DNA of 64,000 nucleotides. It comes from Phoronis australis. Taxonomy: Eukaryota > Animalia > Phoronida. Every line of letters begins with the position of its first letter. Position 1 is the first letter of the stretch. The notes under the pieces are model-generated. The model was not told the origin of the DNA. It was given only the letters and a program-made list of their open reading frames with translations, and searched no databases. Below are positions 26,638 through 46,939 of the stretch, one piece after another. The position numbers and the translations under genes are program-made. The stretch spans positions 434,010 to 498,009 of the forward strand of contig NMRA01000067.1 of the NCBI GenBank assembly GCA_002633005.1. The letters run 5' to 3'.

Positions 26638-29600
26638 GCGATGCCTCACCAAAACTTGTGTTATATCACAAGAAACTTGCTCTATATAACATAGCCCAGG
26701 TGTAGCTCTATAGATACGCATGTTTATCGTAATCATCTTGAAACAAGACACCGCTGCTTAAAATGCTACATTTCTAATTTCCCACTGCTGTACTACTACT
26801 ACATTAGCAATGAAGTAACTGGTGTAAATATTTGGCTTTATTAGCAACCTCAACTACTAAAACACCCATGGAAAAATGTACATGTCGTTAATATGCACCA
26901 CTATGCATGCTGCCGCGCTTAACTTGTCGTGGTCAGACGGCTCTAAAATTGATGGTGTTTGCTTAACTGTTGGCATGTAATTGGGACCAAACTGAGGTGG
27001 CTGTAATGGTAGAGGGGATTTTTTGAGAAATATGCATTTCCAGCACCTGTGGAACAAGCGGTTTGACATTTCATGTTAGTAGCAAAACTTCTTTCCCCTG
27101 ACGGTAAGATTCTTGTAAGTTTCTAGTACTAACTTGTTCCAAGTCAACAATTTGGCAGTTACTGAGATAGAAATTGGCTGATGTACATATTCATGTAGAT
27201 TATGTTAAAATTTTTTTTACTATTATTCTATTGCCAGGTGGATGTAATGAGGGTTGTGGTTACTTTGTCATTTAAATTTTAACAACTGGCAACAAGCATG
27301 TTGACGTTTTGTTGCACACTTGTCTAGCATGCACGGAATATAATAAATTTAATTTATTGAAAAATGTGTTTAGTCAAATGTGAACTTGTGGCAAACACTA
27401 CTCCTAAATTTAAATTTAAATATGTTTTCTTCTCTTTCGCCAGCAATCCCTCTGACGTCTGAGAATTGAAAATATTTTTAGTGCGACCTAATTCAAAGTC
27501 ACACTAATGCAGCATGTAATCTTTACAAATACAACTCTATGTCTTACAGGGTTGCATATAGTTATTGTTTGTTATCCTGACATGGAGGAGGTGAAAAATC
27601 ATGTTTAAGACATGTACAGAAAAGGCGCAACTGAAACTACTTTTTGTCTCGTAGTGGTCAACGAAAGGCTATGGACATACCACATGTCACCTAGATACAA
27701 GCATTGTGGTAATTTAACTGACATTTTGAACTTCACTCTCCAAAGTTGTTCATTAACCACACATCCAATTAAATTGTCAAGGTGTAAAATCGGACACAAG
27801 GTTCAACATGGATACTTCGTACTTCAAGGGTTATGCCTGTTAAGAGTTCACACATGCCATTCTTAATCTTAAAGAGGAATTTTTTGAAGGTGTTTCTGAT
27901 CAAGTTCAAAGGTTTTAGGTTTGGTGATAAGTATTTTGAAAATATTCAGTAGACAGGGTTTGAATTTTCCTATTTTAAGATAATTTCTTCTTTTGGTGTC
28001 GATTTCCAGTTTTCTCTTTTTTGCCTCTTTAATTATTAGTTTGAAATTATTCATGCAAAAACGTTTATTTCAGTTAAAATTTTCAACACAAATATTTCTA
28101 TAACCCAATCCTATTTGTGGAATTGTACAAAACATGGAAAATTTTCCTCTTTTTAGTCATTCCAAGCCCGGAGTAGATTTTTAAATGAAAGAGGAATTAA
28201 AGCATCATAAACCCAGTTTTCTATCAAAAATAAGTTTTGGACATTGATCACTTACTGTTTTAAAATTGTATTTAAATTCTTCTTTCGTCAAAATATGATT
28301 TCCCGTTTTGGAAAGAACCGATACGTTACTTCTTCAGAAAAAATCAAAATTTCAGGTCTGGCATTACGGTAGTTGTTGAGTGCCTGAAAATTCAAGACAA
28401 CTGCATTGCATGTAGTGAACCTGGATGTGGAGGAACCTAAACCAATGAAGTGGTAAAGGATCAATCTAAGTCTCTGGAATGCAATCTCAAGTGGAACTGG
28501 CAGGCTAATTCTTTATCTTGGTGATTGCTTGGCCAAATTAATTAGAAACACAACATATAGACGGGAATATGAAGTAGGTTGAAAATTGGCAAATGTTTTT
28601 AAGAACGAGTTTTGTGTCAAAAACGATTCACTGCAAACCACTTAACCATGTCCAGTAAGTATCGTGACGTGGTGATGGGTAATAACACTAAATGATACGG
28701 GTTAAGTGAGCCCCCGAGGTAAATCATTTGTGCAAAAGTCACCTATTTATGGAATTTTTTGTTTTCACATTTAGAAGTTGTAAATGAATACTACTGCACT
28801 TTGTTTAGCGTAATGATGGTAAAATAGCATTGTCGTTTAGTTCCTAAAATACATTAGCATAGTTAGGAGCTTGCAAATGCATCTTTAAAGTTCAGATTTC
28901 ACACTGATCACAGAGTGGAGTTCAACCCTACCAGCAGAGTGACAGACTAGCAATCGAGAAGATTCAAGGTTTGATCATGCACTGAGGCCAATCTCAGAAA
29001 ATCAGTTTTCTTGTGGATTATGTCCTTTTAAGTAAGACAGTGCCTTAAGTAAGACAGTGCCTAGAGAATTACTGGTACCAGGACCAAAGATAATGTAAAG
29101 CCCCACTGAGCATGTGGTAAGCTGAAAACACTCGACTCATTGATTGGTCACAGCACGAGTACTATACAGACTTTTTCAATCTGCAGCAACGGCAACCCGT
29201 TCTCGGTGGTTGCTCATCTTTTAAAACAGTAGATCTACCTGAAACGCAAAAACGACGTTCGGGCACCACAGAAAAAGACGAGAATCGTTGCTAAGCAGGA
29301 TGAAGTCATTTATTATTCACAACAGACGGAAGAACAAATGCAAGTCTTACGTCGTGGCATGTAATGTGGTATTTTGCGCGGCCGTGATGGCAATCCCCTT
29401 AAAACAGTGCATCGCCATTTGAGAGGCTAAACCAACCAAGCTAATTTCATTTTCAGGTGATTATGCACCGCTCAGCAAATCGTGATATTTCAGACCTTGC
29501 TTGTGTGCCTTTGTGCAACTTTTCAAAAAAATGCAAGACCTTGGCAGAAAGAATTTTGTCCATAAGCCCAAATTTTGATCTTTCTACCAGAAATTGAAAT

Positions 29601-30900
29601 TATTTTTAGCACTTTCCATTCTAGTTTGATGCGAACACTAGTAAGATAAGCATCTATCATTCTATGCTCCAGTACATTATGACTTACATGGATACAATGT
29701 AACTGTCTATTCTTAGTTTGCTCTAGATTACCCCAGTATTAAACTAAAAGGTAAAGTCTGGACTATATATATCTCCACTTTTTACTCAAGTTTGTAGCAA
29801 ACTTGGACCAGAAACTCGTACATAAGCCATACTGTTACAGAATAAGAGAAGCCTGCCTTGAGTTCACACATAAATAGAATGGCAAAATGTCAAAAATAAT
29901 TTTTCAGTAGCATTTCAAGTGTTTTGATTAGAACATGTCGCCAGATCTTGAGGAGTCAGGTGTAGACCTGAACCAACAGTGCTTTTTGGCTTTAGCGGTC
30001 ATTTTCAAACTCTTGAGAGGGAAACAAACCCGCAGCTTCTGTCAAAAATCAACTTCTCACTGAGGCCACTTGCTGCTATAGAAGTGACCTCATTTTGTTA
30101 TTTAATTTATCCATTCTAGGCCAACTCGCTAATATTTTTCCAACTCCTTCCACAGTGAAACTATAAATTGGACGACGTTTCATCATGACGTTTTCATTAC
30201 TACTACACCCTGCAGCTCTCAGGTATGTATAGAATGAAATATAAATATTTCATATGAGTACAGGTAAACAAAAGCTCCTTAGCCAATGCCTGGTTGTATT
30301 GCTGACAAACAAGTGAATGTTTCAGCAAAGACTAAAATGACTTGATATGCAATCACATTATCACGTGGATAAAACCTGGAGGTACTACACAACTAAGCCG
30401 ACATAAGTGATATTTACAAACAGATAATATTAAAAGTAATAATGCAATGACCAAAATTAAAAATAACCTTTACACAAACGCGTGCAATGCTACCTGTCCG
30501 TTCTCCACGTGTTAGGGTAAATATATGGGCTAGATATGTCTAAATGCTCTGCTTCAAATAGCTGATGAATAAATATATGTACCTTAAAAATATAAATGGT
30601 TCCAAGCCATTAGTCTACCATAATCACGAGTCAGCAAGACTTCTAATTATACTAGACTTAAGTAAATTATGATGATAGAAAAAGGGACTGTTCTAACATT
30701 CGATGTCCATGTCATCAGTCCATTTCTAGAATTATCAAAATTAAAACAATCTGCTCCAAAAGTTCAGATAAAAATTAACTGTTTTCGTGCCAGAAATGGA
30801 AATAAAATGCGAAATTATGTAACATTTGTTCATACTCCGCAAACTCTATTGAGTCGTGGAATATTTTAACCACAAAAGTGCACGAACATCTAGTCCCGTT

Positions 30901-38164
<7,264 letters not shown>

Positions 38165-38797
38165 GAAAAACCTGTTCTGTTGTGACGCGTAACAATTGAA
38201 ATTGGTTCAGCACTATGTGTAAAGTCATCCAGATGTTGTCACCAGGCATCCAACTTATGCCTCAACCTCAGTGGTCATTAAACGCTTTTCAAAAGCACCT
38301 GGCATAATCCCTACAAAAACAAACAAAATGTTCTACACACATGACGAACATTTTTTTTTCAAAATTGACTTAAAATATTAGCAAAGCAATAATTTGAGGT
38401 CATAATGTATATGGACAACAACAAATAGAAGGGTTCGACCCTTAGTACAATGCCAACTCCACAAATGCGACTAGGCAAAATTCCCTGGTAGCCAAACACG
38501 AACAGAGGTCTCCAAATGTGCTATGCAAGAGCTGAAACTGCTCATGCACACCCTTGCAATCTCTTTTTTACTGTGCAATGATAAATATAGAAGTGCGCCC
38601 AAGACCTAGGTCTTAAAAAACCCGAATATAACCAACATTTTTTCTGAACAGTCCTCCATTCTAACAACATCATTGAAGACTGAACTTCATTGCAGTCAAT
38701 GTGCTCGAGGTCAAACAGAAATGTAGAGAGGGTTTTGGGGAGGTCACCTGTCTGCCAATACCCTTCGGCACAACAGGAGCTAATCTCGGTATTTTTA

Positions 38798-39208
38798 AAA
38801 CACATCTCTCATACACTGTAGGGGATTTCCACTGCTTTCTATCAAACTGTAATGCATGGGCGGCGCAGCACTGAAATAAGCAGGGTGGATATGGCCCCCC
38901 CAGCCCTGTATGGTGCGCTGCCCATGCAATGTGCTAATATCTGTTGAAAGTCTTGCGAGGTTCCCAATCTTGTCACTATGTGATGTGCTGCTCTGTGATT
39001 GGCTGCAGCCCGCCCACAGTTTAGGATCATTGACAATGAAACAATTGATTAATGAATGACCTCAATAGAAGGCCGTTCATCAGCCAATCACAGTGTAGCT
39101 AGCGACTGGCAAGCACATCACATAGTAACAAGATTGAGAACCTTGCAAAATTCTTGACAGACAAAGAAAGCAGTGGAAATACCTTTACAGTGTACTAAAG
39201 ATATGTTC
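38798..39208. mobile_element. Palindromic MITE with a nested GC-rich hairpin repeat (38855-38926)
   Basis: tacactgtaggggatttccactgctttct pairs with agaaagcagtggaaatacctttacagtgta; aatcttgtcactatgtgatgtgct pairs with agcacatcacatagtaacaagatt. Confidence 0.65.
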
Positions 39209-39279
39209 CTCAGATGAGACAGTCTCCACCGTTTGGAACTTAGCTGAGGCTTCTGTGCTTGAACTTGAAATTCTATTAA

Positions 39280-39775
39280 ACAGTGCCACCGTCTCAACTA
39301 GCAGTAGAGACGGTGGCCATCTAATAGGCCTTTCATAAGCCCGAAGGTTTTCGTCAAACTATGCCTCACACTGATTAAACCATCGCAGTCCACATGTTAC
39401 AAGTACCTTTTGTACATAGAGGGACACCTTTAGAGGCCGTCAATGTCTTTAATTCATTCCAACTCGAATAAATACTCTCATAATCAAACTTTATTGCGAG
39501 AAGTCCTTCGTTCAGGTGCCCAAATCGGCAACTGGCCATTTTTACACTGCTCGCTCCAGGATATGAAAGACTGCTCAAAAATGAGATTATGAGAGTATTT
39601 GTTCGACTTGGAAGGAATTAGAGACATCGATGACCTCCTAAGGTACTAATAGCAACATAACTTTGATGGTTTAATCAGTGTGAGGCATTATCCACCGAAA
39701 TGCTTCTGGCGTATGAAGGCCCTATGGGAGCACCAACGTCTCTACTGCTAAGTAGAGTCGCTGGCGCCGTCTAGA
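39280..39775. mobile_element. Older, diverged foldback element related to the MULE-like TIRs
   Basis: ttccaactcgaataaatactc / gagtatttgttcgacttggaaggaatta and ctttgatggtttaatcagtg match the TIRs of 14397-15320; inverted arms with terminal hairpins. Confidence 0.65.
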
Positions 39776-39976
39776 TCTAGGAATTCCGCTTGACCTCAAG
39801 ACCACCTGCTGATCTGTAGTATGCATGAACTTGGAATACCTGTGGCCAAGTAAATTTGGCACATTCACATTGTAATTACACAGATGTTGACTTTTACTGT
39901 ACTATTTAATTTAGGAAACCAAATCACGTCAATAAAATAATGTAATTCTGAGTTCAAATCCTGTCATATTCATCCA

Positions 39977-40909
39977 TAGGCAATGACCATCGCCTCTATT
40001 GGCCCGAACCAGAGGCGATGTAGAGGCTATAGGCGCTCTGTACGCCGGAAGCTTTTCGGCGAATTATGCCTCGCACCGACTAAACTATCAAAGTCACGTT
40101 GTTATAACTACCTTTTGCGCATAGACGAACACCTTAGGAGGTTGTCGATGTGTTTAAGTTCTTCCAACTCGAACAAATACTCCCGTTATGAAACTTTTTC
40201 TTCGAGCAGTCCCTATTTCAGTTCCCAAAATCGTGAAATCAAAATTTTCATTTTTTTTAACCAGGCCGAAGGTCAGAAGTTGCGATCCTACCGGCGAACT
40301 TTGAAAGCTGAAGTTCCCGCCCTTTGCGTACGTGCTGCCGGGAACCAGTCGTGCATTTGCCGTGTTGTTAAACATTAAAATGTCAAATATGTGCACAAAG
40401 ACTTTTAAATGTCATATCAACAGCATTTATTTTTATCAAATACAAACAATAATTCATTGAAATACAAACAGTTTCAAGTAACGCCAATTAAAGACAAGTA
40501 TAAGTGGTGGCATTTTGGAAACGAACATTTGACTGACAAGACCGCAATGGCTCACCTTTGGCCTATTTAAAAATTATTGAGGTTATGAAGTCACATCACC
40601 TAGCGAGCGCGGTAAAAGTTGGAGCGTGCGCAGTACAAAAATTTTGATTTCACGATTTTGGGAACTGAAATAGGGACTGCTCAAAGAAAAAGTTTCATAA
40701 CGGGAGTATTTGTTCGAGTTGGAAGAACTTAAACACATCGACAACCTCCTAAGGTGTTCGTATATGCGCAAAAGGTAGTTATAACAACGTGACTTTGATG
40801 GTTTAGTCGGTGATAGGCATAATTCACCGAAAAGCTTCCGGCGTACAGAGCGCCTATAGCCTCTACATCGCCTCTGGTTCGGGCCAACAGAGGCGATGGT
40901 CATTGCCTA
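39977..40909. mobile_element. Foldback/Mutator-like (MULE) non-autonomous element, copy 2
   Basis: ~270-bp TIRs; 9-bp TSD attcatcca at 39968-39976 and 40910-40918. Confidence 0.9.
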
Positions 40910-41219
40910 ATTCATCCAATTCTGTCACAAGTTGAAATGAATAAAGGAGAAAATGGTTGCTAATAATTTCAAAAAAAATCTTTGTACTGAACACAAAGTT
41001 TCACCCGATTGCTTAATGAATATAATGAATATCTAATTCCAAGTTCAAGCACAGTATTGCGATTGACAACGTTTCGCTTCGGCCAACTAGTTCCCACCGC
41101 GTTCGACTTTAATCCGGGTGAGAACAGTGTTCCGTACTAGAGTGAACAAGAATTTCCCATTACCACCTAAGTTACGAGCACTAGTGTCTCAAATGGAACA
41201 TAGACAAGATCATCAGTTA

Positions 41220-41705
41220 CCCAGCCTGTCATATTAAACACAGATTTCTTATCAAATCACCAATCACCTCAAAATAAACAGCCATCTTCCTTCAGAACGG
41301 AACTGCATCCTTGTAACTGTATCAAGTTGCTAATCCGCACTAAAATTAATCCTAAAAGTCATTGCAGTTTTTGAAGATAAAACTAACTTAAGTTTTCATT
41401 TTTATACATAAAAGCTTGTAATGATTTTTATTCATTAATGTTTAAGAATTTGTAAAATTGTTGAATACGCAAATCTATAGTTTCGACGAAATATAAATCC
41501 TCGTATTCTTGCGCAAAAGCACCTGTTGACACTAATCTTTGGCTCAGAACATATTATTTTTGTGATATAATTCTATTAATGCTTTGAACGTTCTGTTTCG
41601 AAAAATAAATTAATCTCCCTCCGATCCCAATCTTTTGAATTTTTGTGTAAGTACGATTGATTAAAAATAAAAGTATCAATATTATTAATTTTAGTAAAAT
41701 CCAAA
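41220..41705. promoter_or_regulatory. Probable bidirectional promoter between LIX1L (non-coding first exon, -) and ACP1 (+)
   Basis: Head-to-head genes; minus-strand donor-like ctgg|gtaact at ~41220; YY1-like GCCATCTT at 41281; the LIX1L coding exon has an acceptor at 38311, so an upstream exon is required. Confidence 0.45.
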
Positions 41706-44700
41706 ATGTCTGCGCCCAAGAAGTCTGTGTTGTTCGTTTGTTACGGTAACAGATACCAATTGTGTACCGTTCTGGAGTGTTTTTGCCCATTGCAAGGACT
41801 TAAAATATGCGCTAACTTTGCTTTGGCTTTCTAACTTTTGGGGGAAATCTAAGTTTAATTCTTGGTGAAACACAAATGTGTTAGAAGGCCATGTCTTGCC
41901 TCCAAGTCCAAGTCTTGTCCAAGCCGTCGAAAGCCCTTCTCCAGCGGGGCAACGTCTTTGGGTGGGGTCAGTCATATTGACAAGGTGTCCACAGGCTTGT
42001 ACCAAAAATTGTGGGTAGGCTGTACATTTTCAGCAAATTTTCCGAAACCCACATGGGTTCCAATAGGGCTCTAAAATGTACCTTTCTTAAAAACGAAAAT
42101 CTACCCCGCAGAAGGGGAGTTGGTAGATCTGGCACCCGAAATAGGGGGTCTCTCAGCAATTTTTACTACATACCAGCAGGCACCTTGTCAATATGAGTGA
42201 CCCCCTCGACATCCTTTAGTGAGACTTGAAGTCATTTTGCAGCCGCGAAAGAACTTGGCAGTTCAGTCATGCTTGACATCAGGCTCCATGAGTTGATGTG
42301 TCATTTTATTCGCTAAGAATGGTCTCAACAAAGAATGAACAGAATGCACACCCAGAAGTCACTTTTCATCTGAGTAGGGAACAAATTGAGACCAATTTTA
42401 TAGCTGAGTAAGTGATGTAAATCAAGGATGAATTTCGAGATCTGACGATGATGTTTCACTTGTCATGGTTATTCGGGCACCAACTTATTGCCTCATTATC
42501 TGAACATAATATAATTTACTTAATGTTCAATTTTAGTGAGGTCATCAACTAGTTAATGATTCATGTTGAAAAAATTATGCCCCTGCTGTGCTGTTACACA
42601 ACAGTAAAGATTAATGAATTTCTTGCAGGTAATATATGTAGGTCACCTATGGCTGAAGCCATCTTCAAAAACATGCTGAAGCAAAGAGGTGACGTGAATG
42701 AGGTATGCAGGACTGTATTCCCTCAGTGACTTCATTACTTCCCCATGTTGCTTAACATCAAAAGTCTTGAGCTAAATGTTGACATAAAGTGAACCACTCA
42801 GATAAACTGCTGTTATGTTAATAACATGGTCTTAGTTTAGCTGAACCTTCCAAGCAGTGTCAGTGATGTGCAGTCGAACTATGCTTCAATATACCCTCCA
42901 TGGACTTTAAATTCTTAAAATTTTGTTATGGGGGATTTCCGAATGTGGGACCATGAGTAGATGTTCAGAAAACGACCTTTCAGAAATGTCAACTGAAACT
43001 GAATATATATGCCCAGCATATTTTCAGGGAAAGGGGGTGCATTTTCATAAAAGTGTGTCAAATACTTTGTGATGCAGTTTTTGTTAAACAAACGATATTT
43101 TGATTTTTTGAAAATAGATATGTCCTTTTTAATGCAATGTAGTAGTATCTCAGTGGTAAGGATTTTATTTGTCCATACTTATTTGACATTGGAGCAAACA
43201 CAGCTATCAGGATAATACATCAGATTTTCAAATCAGACAAACAAGTACCGAAAATACGCACACGACCGTACTTTTGGATGGTCCTATTCTGGGAAGTTCA
43301 TGGTAATAAAAGTGTACTGCAATCAAGTGGACTTGTATCCAGAGTACTAACAATTGGTTTAGGACTTATGGAAAGGAATCTTGCATGTCAGCAGGCATTG
43401 TAAACGGGAGCGTTGTAGCGAAGTTTGGCTGTACCAATATTTTATTGTTTTATGGCATTATAGAAATTACCTTTTGCATATGAGCACATAAACTGAACCC
43501 TCTTAATGTGTAATCATAGTGATTAGTTGACTTGACTGTTTGTGAAACAGACCAGTTTCATTTGCTTGGTACTTGAACTTGATACCCTATGCCATTTGAA
43601 TTTTTATTTGGATGGTCTTTTGTTGACAGTGGTTGGTGGACAGCTGTGGTACTGGAGGCCATGAGTCTGGAAGTCGTCCAGATTCACGAGGGCAGCGTGT
43701 ACTGGCCTCTAAAGGTATTAGTGTTAACCACATAGCTAGGAAGGTAAGACCTGTTTCAGTAAAGCCCGTATGGAAGGAAGGCAACTGAGCTAAAATATTA
43801 TCGATGTCTGTTTTCAGACCTCATAAAAAATTACCAAGTTGTTATTCTTATTAAAACATAAATTTGTGGTTGGTGGTGTTTTTGATCCATGAATTTCTGG
43901 CTGTAGGTGTTCAACAAAGTACATGCACACCACACACCGCACACCCATGTATCGATTTTTCTTGATTGTGAAAACTCGGATGTTGGGGATTTTGGCATTC
44001 ATCATCTTCCCCAATTTTGGACACAACTTCTTGTAATAACAGAGTCTGAAAGTGTTAGTAATCTTGTGTGAATATACCGTGCTGCCACAAAATAGTCTGG
44101 CTTGGCTTGCGCTCATGACTCAGTTACAATTCTTATGTTTTATGTTTGCTGTATACATTTCCACGCAAGTTAAGACATACATATTTATATACTAGGTCTT
44201 ATCTTTATGAACTGTGTATTAATTAATATGTATAGGGGAGTGTAAAACGTTTTTGTGAAGATGTGATAATTGTGTACCAGTATATCTGGTTCATATTGCA
44301 TCTTTAGTCCAAGTATCCCATCCCAAGTTACATATTCACACTAATAATACATCATAAACTGAATTACGTATGAGTAGCGTTCGTCTATTTTTTTGCATCT
44401 AAAAGCTCAGATTTTATTTGAAATGACCAGCAGAAGTTGTGCAGTCTCAAGCATTTTAAGTGACCGGTAAATTGTAAGTGATTGCATTCCAAGTAATTAA
44501 ATACTATGTTTATTGGGTTACGAATATAAAACAAAAATATGGGTGCCAGCCAAGAAAAGCCTTCCTCTTCCATACGGATTTTACAGGGACAACTATTATA
44601 TTAAGTTGTTGTCGTATTGATTTAATTATACAATTAATCTATACTTAATCACATATAATGGAAGCTTACTAGGAGAATTTTATGTTACAGTCTGTCTTAT

Positions 44701-46939
44701 TGCTCTCTGTCTTTTCTCTAACTGACCACTAGGTGTCAGTAGCATACTGCAATTTCCAACTTTTCTTTGAGAGCAATGAAATCACAAAATTGAATTTGAT
44801 TGGTTAAAATAGTGATTTAAATGTCAGGGTACTACCACACTGATGCTTTTGATCTGTTGGTGTCATCAGATATCGTTGGTTATTGTGTTGTGTTCTACGA
44901 GAACATGTATCTGCCATAAATTCTTCTCAAACAGTGAGACAACTCTCCATTTGTTTTGGATTGATCGACTGATTTGTGAATAATTTTGAAATTTGATTGA
45001 TGATAATCTTAGATGTCAGTGAACACCATAGCATCTGATAGAAGAATCCTGCTCACTTGTTTACATGTAAATATGTTCAGATATCATGAAGTGCACATTA
45101 AAAGAACCATTACTTGTCAAAGTTTGGAGTGCACTCTTGTTGTGTCAAAAAATGGTGATGAAACAGTTGTTGAGTATTAGCATAACTTGGTAGTAGATCT
45201 TTGTTAATGCATGTTTGACTGAATACGACTTTGTAATTGAATCATTCGGATTTCACCAGTGCTTTCTTGTACATATGTTGTAGCGATCTGAAACTTGGAT
45301 AAGTTGTGTACAGCAGTTGTTGGGTGCTCATTGTGAGCAGTTTTATTGATTTCTGTGTTGTTTTCTTCACTCATAACGAACATTGGACTTACTTCTGTAT
45401 ACAACTGATCACAGTTTCACATTGCTACTATGTAATGTAAAAGAAAAACAATTGCAGGTGATCTTATACTCGTACCAGACGTGCGCAGGTCTCTCTTGTG
45501 GGCCCATTGCACTGATCATCTGGAACCATTTTTGTGCTTCATCAAAGAAATAGCTAAAACCATGCCGAGGGGTTAGAAAACTGACTCAGAAGTCTAGCAT
45601 TGTGGCCCAGTGGGACTTGAGTAAAGGAAGTGGACACTTATCTCACTAGGCCATACTGACTCCTCTAACTACATAATGTACAAAAGGACACTAGAAAAAT
45701 GTGGATTATTCAATCACAAAGTCATGTTCAATCAAAGTTGTTCTTGAATAGTGTATTGTTTTTGTTCTCATTGTCTTTGTTCTCATTGTTTTTGTTTTTT
45801 TTTTAGTTAAGAAAAGATGACTTCATGAAATTTGCTCACATATTTGGAATGGATGGTGATAACATGAGGTAATAGCCTGCAAATATGAAGTTGAATGCTG
45901 CTCAAAATAATGAGAAAATGGAATGGAAAGTCTAAAAACTGTAATTACCAATCACATTCTAACCCTTGTGCAATAGAAGACGGTTCAGTCAGTTAGCCTG
46001 TCTAAAACTGTGTGTTAAGCTAATGGTAATACTTTAAACTGGCATGTTAAATCTTGCTTTCTTTTTCAGAAATATAAATAGAGTAAAGCCAGGCAGTTGC
46101 AGTGCTAGTATAAAACTATTGGGATCTCTAGATCCAGTGCACCCTGGTATGGAAATAGAAGACCCGTGGTATGTAAGTATCATGTTTTCAGGTGATCTTG
46201 TGTACTAGAGTCAAAATCGTTTTTTAGATAAAAATGGTTTGTATTACATGCTTCACGGTTGTGAAAGCATAGTGTGCCCCCTCCAAATTATTTTTCCTTA
46301 TTATAGGCCTTTATCTTGGATTCTTTTAGATTTAGCTTGAAATTCACTTTAGTTCAAGTAATGTCAAATAACTTGCCATCAATAATTTTGAAATTTAAAT
46401 TTCATTAGTCAACTGAAAGCCACTTGGTCGCGCTCTAATCAGTGGGCTGATCAGAATACAGTTTTCTGAAATAACTCTCAGACAAGCTGGTGCTCAGTTA
46501 TGTCGCGTTGAGTCCTGTGAATTTTTACATCCCAGATTCAACTCCCCTGTATTTCAGAGGCAGAAAAAAACATTGTCTGATTGACCTAGTTTCCAAAAGC
46601 TTCTAATCCTAGTCAGTCAAGCGGACACCAATGTAATGACAGTCATTCATCTTTTCAAAATACTGTTGGCTACAGCAAACACATGATTAGTGTCAGACTG
46701 GCGCATGTCAAAGTAATGCTAATGAAAAATAGTCCGTAAGCGTAGCAATAGTGTGCAACTGTGGCCCAACTGCTCCGCACACCTTTGGGTGTGTGCATAT
46801 TTGTTCTTGTAACGTAATGGGAACATTTAAGCACCCAAATCTTGTATTCGTGCTGTATTTACAGGGTGGTGAAGAAGGCTTTGAGGAAGTCTTCCAACAG
46901 ATAACGAGGTGTTGTCAGGAGTTTCTCAAGAACTTTTAG
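41706..46939 (+). CDS. ACP1: Low molecular weight phosphotyrosine protein phosphatase, copy 1, 155 aa
   Basis: Exons 41706-41745, 42629-42702, 43630-43743, 45807-45868, 46070-46172, 46865-46939 (468 nt). MSAPKKSVLFVCYGNICRSPMAEA (P-loop CX5R), FGMD, IEDPWYGG (general-acid Asp). Confidence 0.93.
41961..42207. mobile_element. MITE in ACP1 intron 1
   Basis: TIR ggggtcagtcatattgacaaggtg...caccttgtcaatatgagtgacccc. Confidence 0.7.
45475..45666 (-). mobile_element. tRNA-derived SINE, degenerate copy
   Basis: Aligns with 19500-19696 (cattgcactgatc..ctggaacc; cccagtgggac; cttatctcactaggcca). Confidence 0.65.
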
